Assembly (NCBI GenBank): GCA_012026655.1
Contig: JAAILG010001558.1
Span: 1 to 64,000 of the forward strand
Direction: 5' to 3'
DNA: 64,000 nucleotides
Source: Hydrolagus affinis
Lineage: Eukaryota
Part shown: piece by piece, positions 11,771 through 25,256 of the stretch
Layout of the letters: every line of letters begins with the position of its first letter
How positions within the stretch are numbered: position 1 is the first letter of the stretch
Notes under the pieces: model-generated
Database searches by the model: none
What the model was told of the DNA's origin: nothing
Seen by the model: only the letters and a program-made list of their open reading frames with translations
Translations under genes and position numbers: made by a program

Positions 11771-12074
11771 GGAATCCTGTGGCTCAGTGGTTACAGCTCT
11801 CGCCTTGTAGGTGAGTGACCTGCATTCAATTCCCGTTAGGGTGAAACCTTGGGCGGGTTTCTTTACTTCACACGTCTGATAATAATCCATCCAGAAAAAA
11901 AAACAGTTTCACTTCAATCCACGACTGTTTGTGAGACACTACTGTGTGCAATTGGCTGCCGCATTTAGCCCACAAATAAACAGTCAATTCACTTAACAGT
12001 GTAGTTTGTAAAGCCCTTTGAGACATCTAGAAGATGTAAAAAGCACTATATCAAATGCCATTATTATTATTATT
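11771..12074 (+). mobile_element. tRNA-derived SINE, same family
   Basis: Same head, body and tail as 11171-11468. Confidence 0.88.
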
Positions 12075-12592
12075 AAAATGAATTTTTAAATTATAAAATT
12101 ATAATTGGTTTACCTACAGATCGGTTCATTTCAAATATCATAACATTTTGCAATTGAAAAAAATTGCCTGCATACCAATTTAATCACTGCTTATTTTAAT
12201 TATTTTTGGACTGACAATATTTCCAGCTTTCAAAGTACATGCAACATTTTGTAAGGCATTTTGTATAATATTTGTACTGTGCAATTTGTATTGTATTTGT
12301 ATATTTAAATTATTTAAATTCTCAATAATTCTGGAATATATATCCAACCTGATCTCTTATTGCAATGTTGAGGTGGGTTTATTGGTCTGGAGTATGGATG
12401 TCTCAATAAGTATTTTTGATATGAAGAGGCCCAAAACCGTTACAAACTTCTAAACACATGCAAACAATGAGGTAGCTTGAACTACAGAATTTTAGCGCGC
12501 AGAAAAAATTACTGCACTGGTGATGAATTGAGTTCACCGTGTGGCTGGGAAACCTCATAGTGCTGATGCTCTGTACACAATAGGCAAGCTAC

Positions 12593-12708
12593 CTGTCTGC
12601 TGTTCTTCCACTGTTTCCAGAGGATCCATTGCCATCGGTGACCAGCTGAACTCCGAGTTCTTTGCCTCCTGTAGCCACATCCAACCTCGCACAGTTCACT
12701 GCAGATTC
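12593..12708 (-). CDS. IL16: IL16 exon, degenerate PDZ N-half (ESAVNCARLDVATGGKELGVQLVTDGNGSSGNSGRTADR)
   Basis: TAG| and AG|GTAGC; 116 nt, phase 0 to 2; ELGVQL resembles GLGIQV and GRTADR resembles GGAAHR. Confidence 0.7.
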
Positions 12709-13364
12709 CTACCAATGAAATACAGTATAGCAAATCCAGTTTAGTCTCTGGTGGGACAGGTGAGATTTTCCCCATTGTTGATGGGATGTTGCAGAAAATA
12801 AATACAGGCACTTACATAATTTAGAACCAAAGCATTGAAATTTATTTTACACAAGCATTTATTTATTCATGTTGCACCTGCCTACAGTATAAAAGAGTTG
12901 GGTTTCACAGTGTCAGGGCATTCTAGAAATGGTTGTGAATATCCTATATTGATTTATTGAGACATCATTACATTTGGCAAAGCTCAAATAACAAGCCTCC
13001 TTGTGTGAGCAGCATGTATGATGCGCTTTTGTTTTGTTTTCCTTTAACATATAATAGGAAATAGGAAATATTACAATAAAAATGTCATTTCAGTGTTACA
13101 TTTCCGGATACATTTTCGCTGTTATGATCACACAGGAACATTATCATGGATTACAGGAACGATTTACAGGAGGAGAAGGCATATCTGATCCTGACATGAG
13201 CCAAATTACAGTATATTGTTACACAAGTCTACAAACGCAATTGGGTAATGTAATAACTGGTTAATGTAACCATAGCCCGGCAAGCCCAGCATTGTGTGGT
13301 CTCAAAACCAGTTCCAAAAACCTCAGTACCACATCATCACATTCATTCTAAATTAATAATAATG

Positions 13365-13533
13365 TGATCACTCAATCCACGACTGTTTGTGGGTCATTGC
13401 TGTGTACAATTGGCTGTTATGTTTCGCCCACAAAACACACAGTCACTGCACTTTACGATGTATCCTGTGAAGCACTTTGAGACGTCTCAAAGACGTGATA
13501 AGACATTATGTCAAACGCAAGGATTATTATTAT
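13365..13533 (+). mobile_element. SINE 3' half
   Basis: CAATCCACGACTGTTTGTGG...GCAAGGATTATTATT. Confidence 0.75.
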
Positions 13534-14565
13534 AAATGCCCACTATTCATTTATGAAGTGAGGCAGCAAGTGTTGTTGCTGAAATAAAATACCCCAGGCA
13601 ATTCTTATCAAGCGATTCTTCATGTGTGAGTCTTGTTAGTGTGTTATGCCAGTCAATTTAAACAGGGATATATGAAATACTTTCTAACTACTGTTACTTG
13701 ATCAGGAAGCCTGTCTAATTTTTTTCCACCTTCCAAGTCCAGGAACGCTAACGCTAGTGTTTTTTTTATTACCTTGTGGCCCACAAAACAAGCTCTTCAC
13801 AAATCACGGATTTGAGTTGGATCCCTCCTGATCTGTGTGTGACTCAATACTTGGCTGGGTGCTGCAGTCATCCACACACCACTCAGGGAATCTCTTGACT
13901 GAAATCCCAATAAACAGTGTTCTCTTAGAAAGATAGGAATGGCATCAAGCAATGTGACACAAAATCTAATTTCTAGCTGGCAGTGGCAATAACAGTCTAC
14001 AGTGGATGTGAACAAAGCTTTGTTTTACTGGAAGAAATTAGTTCCATAAAATCATTCTAAAATATGTCCAAAGTTGCGTCACACAAATAGAAAGCCTAAT
14101 GGCAAAACAATGAAGCTCACTGTAATTTTGTTTGGCGAATGCACAAAGTAAAACATACTGCATAACATACATTGAGTTGTTTGTTGTGGGAGTCAAGTAT
14201 CAACTGATTTCTGTTCGAACATACGGTGACCCCCCTTTGTAATGCTCGCTACTGATTTGCTAACATAGATCAGGCAATGCAATAATGATCTACAAATGTT
14301 GTTGTTTGCATTAGAGGTACCAGTAATGGATTTGTACCAATTCATTGCTCAATCCCATCATCTCCAGAGAACGTAACTTAATGCAACCAACAAACAGGGC
14401 ACTCAAAGTTTGCCTCATATTTGGATCCCTATAAAGTTTTATTCTCAATTCAGTATATTTGCAATGGTTACATGCTGCTGATAAGATTTCCCAGCTTCTG
14501 CATTGACAATGTACTATTTCTAAGCGGTTGTACACTGTACAATTTAAAAGGCAAAAAGGAGTTAC

Positions 14566-14883
14566 CTTAAAAGAACATTCGTGTCTGATTTCCTTTTCAG
14601 CTTCATCATTTGCACTCTGTTTCAGTACACTGGGAATCCTGGGAACCATGAAATTAGAAATCTTATGTTGGGCTTGTGACACACAAGTTGGGTGTGACTT
14701 GGGGTCATTTGTGGTCAATTCAGAGGCACATTGGGTCAAGACAGGCACGGAGGCGCGATACTTCTCTTCTGCGTTACTTCCATCATCGGGATTCTTTGAA
14801 TTGCAAAGCAAAAATGTCCTGGAAATAACCCCAAACTTCCTTGATTTCTTGTTACTTTTACCTGAATTGCATTTGCGACCCAT
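14566..14883 (-). CDS. IL16: IL16 first coding exon (MGRKCNSGKSNKKSRKFGVISRTFLLCNSKNPDDGSNAEEKY...ECSFK)
   Basis: Resembles human [41 protein letters not shown]; donor AAG|GTAAC; acceptor at about 15005; alternative in-frame ATG at 14937. Confidence 0.9.
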
Positions 14884-17800
14884 TTGAGAACAAGATGTGT
14901 CCCTTTTTTTCTTTTTGTTGCTACAAGAGTAAAGCATCTTGGTTGAGTCCTTCACTACTCCACCCTCTTGAGCCTGACAGCTTCTTCCATGCAATTACTC
15001 CCAATCTGCAGATAACAACAAATTGTATACATATAGCACCTTTCATGTAGGAGGATGTCCCAAGGCACTAGCTAAATATTATAAATAATATATGTATATA
15101 AATGATGTATATATGTTATGCATATTATATGTTAATAACTATTGGGCCTGATAATCTTCTTCACCTTTCTCTTTGGTCCCTCTTGGTCTGATAGCCTTTA
15201 CTTTGTTCTGTTGCTGTAATGTGCCTTTGTACTATTGTACTACGTTTGTACTGTAGAAATTGATGACTTCATTTTAAATTGAATGAAAAGATCGAAATAT
15301 CCATATCAGTCAAAATAAAAAGGTTGTGTATTTTCACTCCATAACGGATGTTAAATTACAGGGATTTCAAAGGAGATTTACGTTTTTTTGAAGTTCAGTT
15401 ATCGCATCATTATTGCAGCTGGACCTCTGATGTATGTTTGACCCATTTAAACTGCTAATGATAAACAATAATACATGAGAAATAAATAATAATCATTGGA
15501 TCCGATAATGTGTATATAAAAGATGAATTTGATTGGGCAGTGTATCATGCACGTATATTGTTGAATGCTGAAAGATTAGCAGTCAAAAACAGGAATTTCT
15601 GCAATTTCTGAAATGCTGAACAGTTTAGATACTGTATGATATACTGTAGTGTATCTAAGCACTGAATGTTTCCACGTGGGAGGCATTGAAAGCTTCCAAG
15701 AACTGATGGCAGACAGGGTTAATATCCTGAGTTGATACATGTCAACTCACAGCATGTTTCTTTGGGTTTCATTCAGTATAAGAGTTCTTGGAATATCTTA
15801 CCCAACGCATTCTACCTTGAAGCAGATTTGATTAATCGTTTTAAAAAAATGCCTTGTCCCTTTGATGGACAATATTCACATCAGAAAATACAAATGCTCA
15901 GCTTTTACCCTATTGGCTATAACTAGCTCTGAGATGAGAAGTAATGACATTACGTATTGTCTTACAAATGTGTGTGTTAAAGATAATTGTTCTGCAGGAT
16001 CGCATTAGAGCCTGTCAGTAGATATCTGATACAGAGATCAAAATGGAGACTATCTGGCTGATGCAGCAGGATAGGGTGAAGTTGCCTAATTTCAAGAAAT
16101 GTACAAAATTTATATGTTCTATATATGTGTGCATTTTGAAATTGCCCATATTGAAATTGGGCAATTTTTGTGTACTTAAATAGGACAAATTTCATGTACT
16201 GACCAACAGATCAGCAAATCACAAGATAAAAATGATCAAACTACAATCTTCAGAAAGACGTTGGAGCAGTTGTTATTTTTTTTTTTTTTAATCCTTGGAT
16301 TTGATATGGCGTCTTGTCATATTGTCAAAAACATCTCAAATACAGGATTTTCTTTTACTGTGAGAGCAGTGGTGAAAACCTGTGGTTCACAGGCTGGAAT
16401 AAAGAAAGCTTCTGAATATTCACATGAGTTTATGTAAGTCCATATTCGATCAGTAATGTGTGTTCAGTTTTTTTCTTCTTTAAATATTTCTTGATTTATG
16501 GCGTATTCAATCCAAAACATTTATTTTGTTGGCCGGCCATAATAGTTGGCCACCACTGCTGTAGTCACTGTGTATTTTGTAGGTGTTCGTGGGTGTCAGA
16601 TTGATGTATGTTTGGTATCTAACAGAATTCAATGATTATGAATCCTTTAAAAATCCCATTATGAATGCTGCCTTTCTGACCACAATATTGATTTCAGGTT
16701 AGAAAAATCTAGAGCATGCCAATGTAAATAAAGAGTGGATTGAATAATAAGGAGGCAATGATATTGGAGTATTGCAGATACTCCATAGTGGAGCAAAGTT
16801 GGTGAGGAGAGGATGGACATTATGAATTCTTTAAAATAATTAACAGTTGATGAGATTAATGTAAGCGACTTCTTAATTTGCACTCTGGGACACCAAATAA
16901 ATTTAAGTTGTTAATTTGGACATTCACAGCAGAACTGGAGGGCATTAGTGGATGGCATTTCAAATATCTTCTCCACAAAAGCGTCTCTTTCACAATAGCA
17001 AAAAGGATACCTGCTGACTGAAATGAACAAATACTGGAGCAGACATAATGATTTCTGTGCTGCTGAGGACAGGTAGTTGTTTCTGATCAAAAACTGAGAA
17101 CATACTAATTATACGAGCAAATTTTTCAGCGGTATAAGAACTAACCAGTATTACAAACCTTATCTATGCCAGAAGTCAATGTATTCTGTGAAGCGGTTTG
17201 AAACATCTTGAAGACTTGATGAGGCACTATAACAAATGCAAGGATTATTATTATTATTTTTATATAAGTCGAAGAGCAGTTTTACGTTTCCTCAACTCTG
17301 CTGATGGAATTGCTAATTTACTGTTGAACTGTTTCTTTTTCTATGATATATGCAGAACTAGTGGAGACTTGGCAGATGTAGAAAGCTTGGTGACTAATGC
17401 TATGGAGTGTGCCCAGCATAGTATTGTATAAACATGCTGTACTGTTTTCCATATAAAGTATATCAATAAGTTTGTTCAGTGTCAATCTTCTCACTAGTTT
17501 TATAAACTTATAAACAATTTGTGCTCAGGTTGGCTACAAAATTGTTGCAACTTGTGATATAAGAACATTCTCGAATACGCCAATAAATTCAGAAAAAAAT
17601 TACATGGTAGATTATTCCTAATCTAATGCTTTTTTACTGTATACTTTCCATTACGACTCTTTGAAATGCACAAAATGATTCATTCAATTAATTTGCAACT
17701 CAACCCAAAGATACACACAGATACATTATATTTTAAGTCATTAAAACACGATTTAACATCTGAATTAAAGTGAATACAATGACTTACGGAAGTTCAAAGA

Positions 17801-18339
17801 TCTCCATCTACTCCATTGTAATGGATCAGTGGAATAGTGTGCTGTGGTGGGCAATAGATAGGGAACAAGGCGAATGAGTGCCTACTAATCTGCAGCCCTG
17901 AGAGCAATGTACCAACAGTGTATTCAACATGTGACTATTGATATAATGTACATCAGTGACAGATACGTTCTTTCAGTTCAGTACAACTGAAATACTGTTT
18001 CCACAGGCAAACATTTTTGCTTGTATTTAAAAGCATGCTAATTGCATGCAGACATCCTCCCAGCAAACGTGTCAAAAGCATTACAGTACTGTTGTTTACA
18101 GATTTCCCCCTTTCTATTAAGCTTGAATGTGAAAGTGGAATAATAATAACAATTCTACCAGGAGCCTATAAAATAGCTCTTTACCGTAAACACAATAACT
18201 GATTCTATTTGTTTCTCACCCAAAAAACATTTCCTGCAAGATCAGTTTGATGTAGACCATGAAAACGTACAGCAGCAATATGTTTGGTAAATTGCAATCC
18301 AAAGCCTCAACCCTATTAAAACTGCCCTTCTTAAAGGAT

Positions 18340-18815
18340 TTTATAAGCAACACTGAGCAGCAACTGGTCAATCCTTTGTAACACAGTAGAACGATACTTT
18401 CAGATATGCCAAAATTAGCAAGACAAGAGGGCCACGGACTCAAGGGTGTGAGGGCAATGTTAGGATATGGCACTGAGAAGTATTACTTTAATGGAGAGTA
18501 ACTAACAGCTAGAATGGGTCATTATCAAGGGTAATAGTGGGTAAAACACCGGACACATTTAAGATCATGAGATTGGTTTATATGAAGAATGTCAGTCTAT
18601 TCAATCTCATCCTTCCAGAAAAGCCACTTTACACCATCCTCCCATCACTGTGGTCAATTTCCTGGTCTCAACCACTCTCCCTTCGCAACTTGTTCCAATC
18701 ATTAGTTCCTCCTTGGGTAAAGAAAAGCCTTCCTGGTGTCTCTCCCGAAATTTCCCTTTGCAATTGTAAACCTATACCTTCTTGGCCTACTGTTTGTTTT
18801 GAAACAGCTTGATCT
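18340..18815. mobile_element. Two oppositely oriented CR1 3' fragments
   Basis: Plus strand TRGHGLK-like remnant near 18425; minus strand FFTQGGTNDWNKL at 18670-18730. Confidence 0.6.
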
Positions 18816-21800
18816 GGTGATGGAAAGATGAGGAATGGTCTTGCTGGCGCTATCATAAAGGTCAATCTTTTACTGGTTAAACTGATTCTAATCAGAAGCT
18901 GGCCCGTCAAGTAGTTCTGGGCAAATTGAAAATGTCTTTAAATAAAATATCACTTCCAATGTTAAAAATAGACATTGGAAGAAAGAAAGAGTAAAGATGG
19001 AACATGTTTTTTTTTTTAAAAAGTCTAAATAATTTGTATCCTGTTTATATCCAGAGTCAAGTCTTTGTGAAATGACTGACAATCTATTCCAATCTATTGA
19101 TGTGTTTCAACAAAAATCTATTTGGCTTTCACATGTTTATACATCTGTATTGACAGATAGATGGTCATTTGGGAAATATTGAAATGTACCAAATTCAATA
19201 ACCACTTATTGAATATTATTTGAAATGAGTTTTTTTTAAAAACTACTACATTCAAAACCTCAGATATTGCACAAGTTAATTTTTCCAAGGGAGTTTTGCG
19301 ATGTGAAGAGCGCTAGGTTTCCCAGTAAAACACAATGGATAAATGTGTGGTGTGGTGTGGTGCTAAACCAGAATTCAGCAATATTCCAGGTTGGTTTCCA
19401 AGTTTGCAATGTGCTGGCTCATAATCTCAGCTGCACAATAAGACGGATGATATGATTCACTTCAGCTTCCCCGGGCTGGGGAGCAAATAAAATCAGTTAG
19501 AATTTGCACTCGATCATTATGTCAACAACACTGGGTGGAAGTGTGAGTATGTGTGTGTGTGTGTGATTGCCCAGTGAAAACAATGCCGTGATTTTCTTTA
19601 TGGTTATCAAGCCCATTTAACACATTGTGTTAAAAGACCTAAGGTAAGAATGGGTATTAATCGCCATCTTTGGGAGAGGGGAGATGAAAAGAGAAAATTG
19701 GAGAGGAATTGAAGTAATATATGCAATAAATTTTTGTTTAAAAAAAGGGTTAATTCTATTACATTTTCGCAACAAGATAACATTAGAAAGGCAGCATTAA
19801 GAAACAGACAAGAATTAATTCCCTTTCTACAGCTCCGTCAACCACTGCAACTTGTATATACCCAGTTTGTTTAAATGAATGAGCCAATCACTACTAATAT
19901 TGTATTATCTGAAACCCATTTTTTTTCGTTCAGTGTTTAAGAGGATAAAATAATTGCAGATACTTCCCAGCCTTTCAGCACTCTTGTATACAGAGTCAGG
20001 TTTGACCATTCAGGTCATTTTCTGAAGAACAAAAAATGTGGTATGGCATTAAGAAAAATAAATCAGAAATTACTTACCATCATAGAACTCTGTCTCGAGC
20101 AGCACCTGGAATATTTAACCATAATTTTTATCACTTCATGTCTGCAGACAGCAATGGTTCTGTGACAATCCCTGTTATATTACATTTGAGGACATAGCTC
20201 ACACACTCGCATTGCTCTGGCTATAATCCAGTTAGCAGCAAAAGACTTGGAGAGAATCAGGCTCTGAGCAGAATAGAGGTTCTTTGGTCAGATGTCTTTT
20301 ATGATTTGGATTGGGCAGTTCCAATTACTGCTCTCACTACTTAACAGCTGTGTGTATGAAGGAGACCTGTGATCTTACTTCACTTGGGCTGAATTGCGAC
20401 CCTGTTCCTACACCACAAACAAATATGAGACTACAGCCTCTCAATGGGACCTTTGCTGACGTATATCTGACTTGCCAACTTCCACCGGCTTTAACTCCGC
20501 ATTGTCATGCTGTGAAATATGTATTAATATTTGCAGCACAACTTAAACTCACTTTTCTCTGAACAGTGAACATTCCTTACGCTTCCGCTGTGTTGATTTT
20601 ACACAAAAGGGCACAAACACGGCACCTAGATTTCTGTCTCATAATGAAGATCATTCAGTTGGGAATTTTAAACATGCTGATTTTAGACTGGGCTTGCTCA
20701 ACCCAAGTAAATACGCCTTTCATAAAGTTCACCAGAGCTCTTCTGGGCAGATGTTTCTGAATAAATCCTATGTAATGGCATGCACACTGCAAATTACAGC
20801 AGAGGAAGACAGCCCAAAGCAAACAGAACTAAGACAGAGGCATGATTCAGTCAGTCTGCCCCAACGAGAGGGGAATGCTGAAGCCAATGATGCCATTCCC
20901 GGTGTAAAACAAATAATTTATTGAGCAGAGAAATGATGTGTTGCTAAATTAAGGCACGCTTTGTGCTGCATCTTATTTTGGAGACTTAATTTTAAATAAA
21001 TGTGTCTTGTTGTGCAGTGTTCAAAATATTATCAATTTAAAGTTTTTTGTATTGGTATCTTTCAATGGTAATAGATTAGAGAAATCTCTTCATGTTTTAA
21101 TATGCTTATGTATGTGAATGAATGAATACAAGCACACATTATAAATACATCATGTAGCTGAATTGCTACACAACATTTCAACACAAGACTTTAAGAGAAA
21201 TGTTCTAAACTAATAGATTCCTGCATTTCGCCTTGTACCATGGCTGACAAATGATACTTTCGATCAGCAATTTGTGATGAGGGTTTTCTCCGAAAGGGAA
21301 TATTTGATACAGCTTCCCTTGAAGAAAAATGTGATCCATGCAGCAATAATTATTGTAACTGTTGCCATTTGGTGAAAGAGGGAAATGTATTGCACAGCAG
21401 CAATCTAATTAGTTTACAGATTTCAGAGATTTCCAATGTGGGTAGACAGTGCAGGGCAAGTAATCAGTTTTAGTGCAGTTCAGAACTCGTAATAATTCTT
21501 ACCACTAGAAGTTGTTCAGACTGTGAATTTCCAATGCAATTAAATCAAAACTTCTGTTGCAAAGTGACATCAGTGGCATTTCCTGCATGTGCACAAAGTG
21601 ATATTTGTGATGCTTCTTCCGCAAGTGGTAATGTTAGCGGCAACTTAACACTTGGAACCCAGATTTTTTTTTAGCTGATGCAGAGTCGACGGATCGAATA
21701 GCCTCCTTCTGTGCTGATTCCCAGGGTTCCAGGAAAGAATAGTTCTTGTCTGGTGTTCAACTAACTCATTCTGCAAATTCAGGATCATTCGAAATAGAAT

Positions 21801-21829
21801 GACACCTGACATCCTTCATTCAGTACACG

Positions 21830-22058
21830 TCCCTTTTAATCAAACTCCCTCTTCGAACTACCACCTCATCTGCCTCCTTCAAGTCCAATCTGAAGACCTT
21901 TCTCTTTGACCGTGCCTTCAGCCACCCTCCCCCCTGCTCTCCACCCCTCCTGACCCCAACTCCCAGCTCAAGTCCAAAATACCCTGACTATCAAGTGCCC
22001 TGGGACATCTTTCCGATGTGAAAGGCGCTATCCAAGTTCAATTTGTTGTTGTTGTTGC
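21830..22058 (+). mobile_element. L2 3' end
   Basis: CTTCAAGTCC...TTTGACCGTGCCTTC...GGCGCTAT...(GTT)n. Confidence 0.75.
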
Positions 22059-23711
22059 TGCTCCCTTCCCTTTTGACTGTGGTCAGATCTTAACCCCTGT
22101 TACTTTTGGAAGTCTAGTAAACTGCTCTTGGATGTAACTTGGATGTATGTTTCCCATAACATACGGCAAGGCTAATGACTATTTCATAACTATATTTTTC
22201 TTCTCTCCATGTCCATTGGGAGTAATTTGAACGAAACGCACTCGCTGTGGATTTTTATTTTGCCTTTAAAATTTCCATATTCTTGTTCCAAAGAATATCT
22301 TGTTGGCAGAGTAATCTGCTTGGCGGGGAAATGGGAAAGCAGAGTGTCACCCCATCACACTCTGTTGCTAAACTAAACACAGACAGTTCTCACCAAAGAT
22401 TACCGACCTGAAACGTTAACACATTTCCCTCTCTCCATAGATGCAGTGTTTTGCCTTTCGTTTATACTCTGTTTTCAATTTGACTCTCAGCATCTACACA
22501 GGAAGCAATTGTGAACAATATGGATATCACAGCTGGTGACCATCAACTTCAAAAAAATGCATTATGTGGGTACAAGCCAGTACCGGACCCCAAGACAGTA
22601 ACATCCATTGTAGTCACTCAAAACACTAATTTTATTCCATTATAACCTACTGTACTCATTTTCTGTGAAGACTTGGCAATTGGGAAAACAATCACATTTC
22701 ACTTTGTTCAGGAGCCACAACACTGCATTGCTATGATACTATTTCATTGTCCTTCAGCAAGCTGAATTACACATGTACTTTCTTGAAGAAGCCATCTGTT
22801 TAAACTCCAAAACGTGAATAAATGGCTATTTGCTGCAATGAAGGCCTTTCTTCAACACAAATCAATGTAAAAACTGGACCTTTCTTGGATTCACTCACCA
22901 CTCAGACTTTCACACTCAGCGAGATATTGCTCTCACTTCCTTGAGGGGGGTTAGAAATAAACAATTAGCTTACAGTGGCAGAGGAGGAGAAATTGCTGCA
23001 TCGGTAATGCTTTTAGATCAGGAATATTGCCCACAGATTCCAACATTATTTATGGGCTCGAGGAATAACTAGGCATTGATGAATTAGTGCTATACACCTC
23101 GCGGTGGGGCTGAGAGCAACAACAACCACAAAATTACATTTGTGGAGCACTACTCAACTGATGGGCTCACGGTGTAGAGATTCCAGAAGGCATGTACTGT
23201 TATAACAAGTAAAAACAAATAACGATTTTAATGACTACAACTGTGGTGGCAATAATATTCTGGTTTAGGAAATTTTTAAGGGAGAAACTGGGGACATCGT
23301 GTGGCTAGTTGGTGGAATTGCAGAAAGCCAATATTTTTTCTATCACACCATAACCCTAGCACAGATAAATTTCATCTTATATTTTGAGGTGTCTGTGGTA
23401 CTCTATGAAATGTTGTTTTCTTTCTCAAAGTAACTTCAGTAAACACTGCAATTATGAATCATCACGTGCCTTACTTATTCTTTGCTCTGTATTATCAGCC
23501 ATTGTCATAAATGCAGTCACATCTTCATTAATGATTTGAAAACCCAAACTTTATTTTAAGACATGGTGCATTTCTACAGCAAACAAAAGTAGTTGTCTTT
23601 AGACAGTACATCTGTCATGATCAAAGCATAAATGTTCCATGTTACAAAACGAATGCACATACCAACAGCAAAAATATGTATAGTTTCCTGCAAAATATTT
23701 GTTATTACAAT

Positions 23712-23782
23712 GTATGTACGTATGGATGGAGGGATATATGGATGTATGTATTATGTATGCATGTATGTTGTATGTATGTATC
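23712..23782. repeat. (GTAT/GGAT)n degenerate microsatellite
   Basis: Seen directly. Confidence 0.8.
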
Positions 23783-23838
23783 TGTATTGCAAATAAACAA
23801 CTTGTCTTAAAAAATTGTAAAGTCACTGCATACTACTA

Positions 23839-23844
23839 TTTATT
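23839..23844 (-). terminator. Candidate polyadenylation signal (AATAAA) for CFAP161
   Basis: Minus-strand AATAAA about 240 nt downstream of the stop codon. Confidence 0.5.
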
Positions 23845-24080
23845 ACCTTGAATATTTAAAAATGTTTTTCTTGGTTTCTGTCTACATACAACAACTTTGA
23901 CAATGATAACACAATTGATAGTGATCCTGCTCCAGCTGTTCAGGTTAAGGTTGAAGTGGAGAAAGTTATAAATCATGTAAAGAATAGATTTGAAAACATC
24001 TCATTAAACAGTTAGCTACATGGAGGCAAAGTATATAATATGGGAAAACATGCATGCATTGACACATGGGAAGTGGGGAG

Positions 24081-24306
24081 TTAATCCTGCTTATCAGGTA
24101 TGCAATCTGGATTTGGTTCCTTCTCAACCTTCTCTTCAATCTTTGGTTGTGGTTCTTCACAAATAGGTATAGACCTCTGAAGCATTGTGCCATGCCTAAT
24201 GTTTGGATGTCCAGTAAGAATAATCCAGTGGTTCACATCTTCCTCAGCCTTATGGCTGTCAAAGAAACTATGAGCTGTGACTTCAAACTCTCTTCCAAAA
24301 GGCGTT
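24081..24306 (-). CDS. CFAP161: CFAP161 exon 7 (TPFGREFEVTAHSFFDSHKAEEDVNHWIILTGHP...PDKQD*)
   Basis: TTGCAG| acceptor, phase 2, TAA at 24081-24083. Confidence 0.93.
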
Positions 24307-25182
24307 CTGCAAGTAGTATAAAGAATAGCTTAAATAGCTACAATCTTATCAATTTATTTTATTTGCAAACCGTTCATCAGATCAACTGGATTTTGTTTCA
24401 ATCAAAGAGAAGTAATTACTTGTCATAGAATGTAACTGTTTTCCTGAATTCAGTAATTAAGATATTTAGATCTAGCATACATTTTAAATTTACACTGATT
24501 TGTGATATACTGATTGGGAATATATGGTACTCAAGTATTTTGGGAGTTGGATAATGCAACATCTTTCCCATTGTCTGTGAATCCAAGTCAAACATTCTCT
24601 TGTGGATTGTAGCAAGCTATCAATTGTCAGCTTCACACACAGTTATCTTTTGAAGTGGTCATCATTATGTTTAGCTACAAGGAATGCACAGGCAACAGTT
24701 GCCTAAACAGAAAAGAACTGAAACGGGACAAAAACAATCAGCATGTTTTCTAAACTATAGATGTCAGAGGGGAAAAATTTCAGGGGGAAAGCTGAATATT
24801 GTTTGAGTATGATATAAAATCCTCAAGAAAACGAGAACAAGTATATACTGTACATGAGAGTGATTTCAAAGCTTTAGCTTCTTACCAGGCCTACAGTTAC
24901 AGTTTTAAATATCTAAACTCCCAATGTTAATGACATTGCTCCATCAATCATAGATCCTATTGTATGCTATACATACATGTGAGAGTATTGTTTATTTAGT
25001 TCAAATATGATCCCATTTAAGTGTCCTCTATCTGCAGTTGTTACGTGTGAAATAAGTTTGGCCAGGTTCTATGTAGCACTAAACTACTCCAGAACAGCAT
25101 TGTTTTAGTATGTAAAATAATTCATGAATGTCCAAATATGGTTAGCCATTCAGCCATGCCTTTGGTCAACACACATACTCAC

Positions 25183-25256
25183 CGTAAGAAGAATTTGTAA
25201 AGGAGTGCTAAATTCTGATTGGTACGGCAATGGTTGATGAGTACTTTTGTATTTGC
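25183..25256 (-). CDS. CFAP161: CFAP161 exon 6 (ANTKVLINHCRTNQNLALLYKFFLR)
   Basis: TAG| and |GTGAG; 74 nt, phase 0 to 2. Confidence 0.94.

Larger units (their letters stand above)
262..15005 (-). other. IL16: IL16 gene (long/neuronal-type pro-interleukin-16), 5' portion; 3' exons lie beyond the window start
   Basis: Chain of GT-AG, phase-consistent exons whose translations match recalled human pro-IL-16 motifs (LCNxKxxDDGS, NRKSLSQQL, SVISNIVLMKGQxKGLGFS, GVGLGIGLC, SRHPxPQ, RSSSDSSY); lies next to CFAP161 and TLNRD1 as in human. Confidence 0.96.

Noticed and set aside
13772-13898. Exon-like block with TTTCAG acceptor and AAG|GTAAT donor in an IL16 intron
   Set aside because: All three frames contain a stop between these sites; at most a poison or non-coding exon
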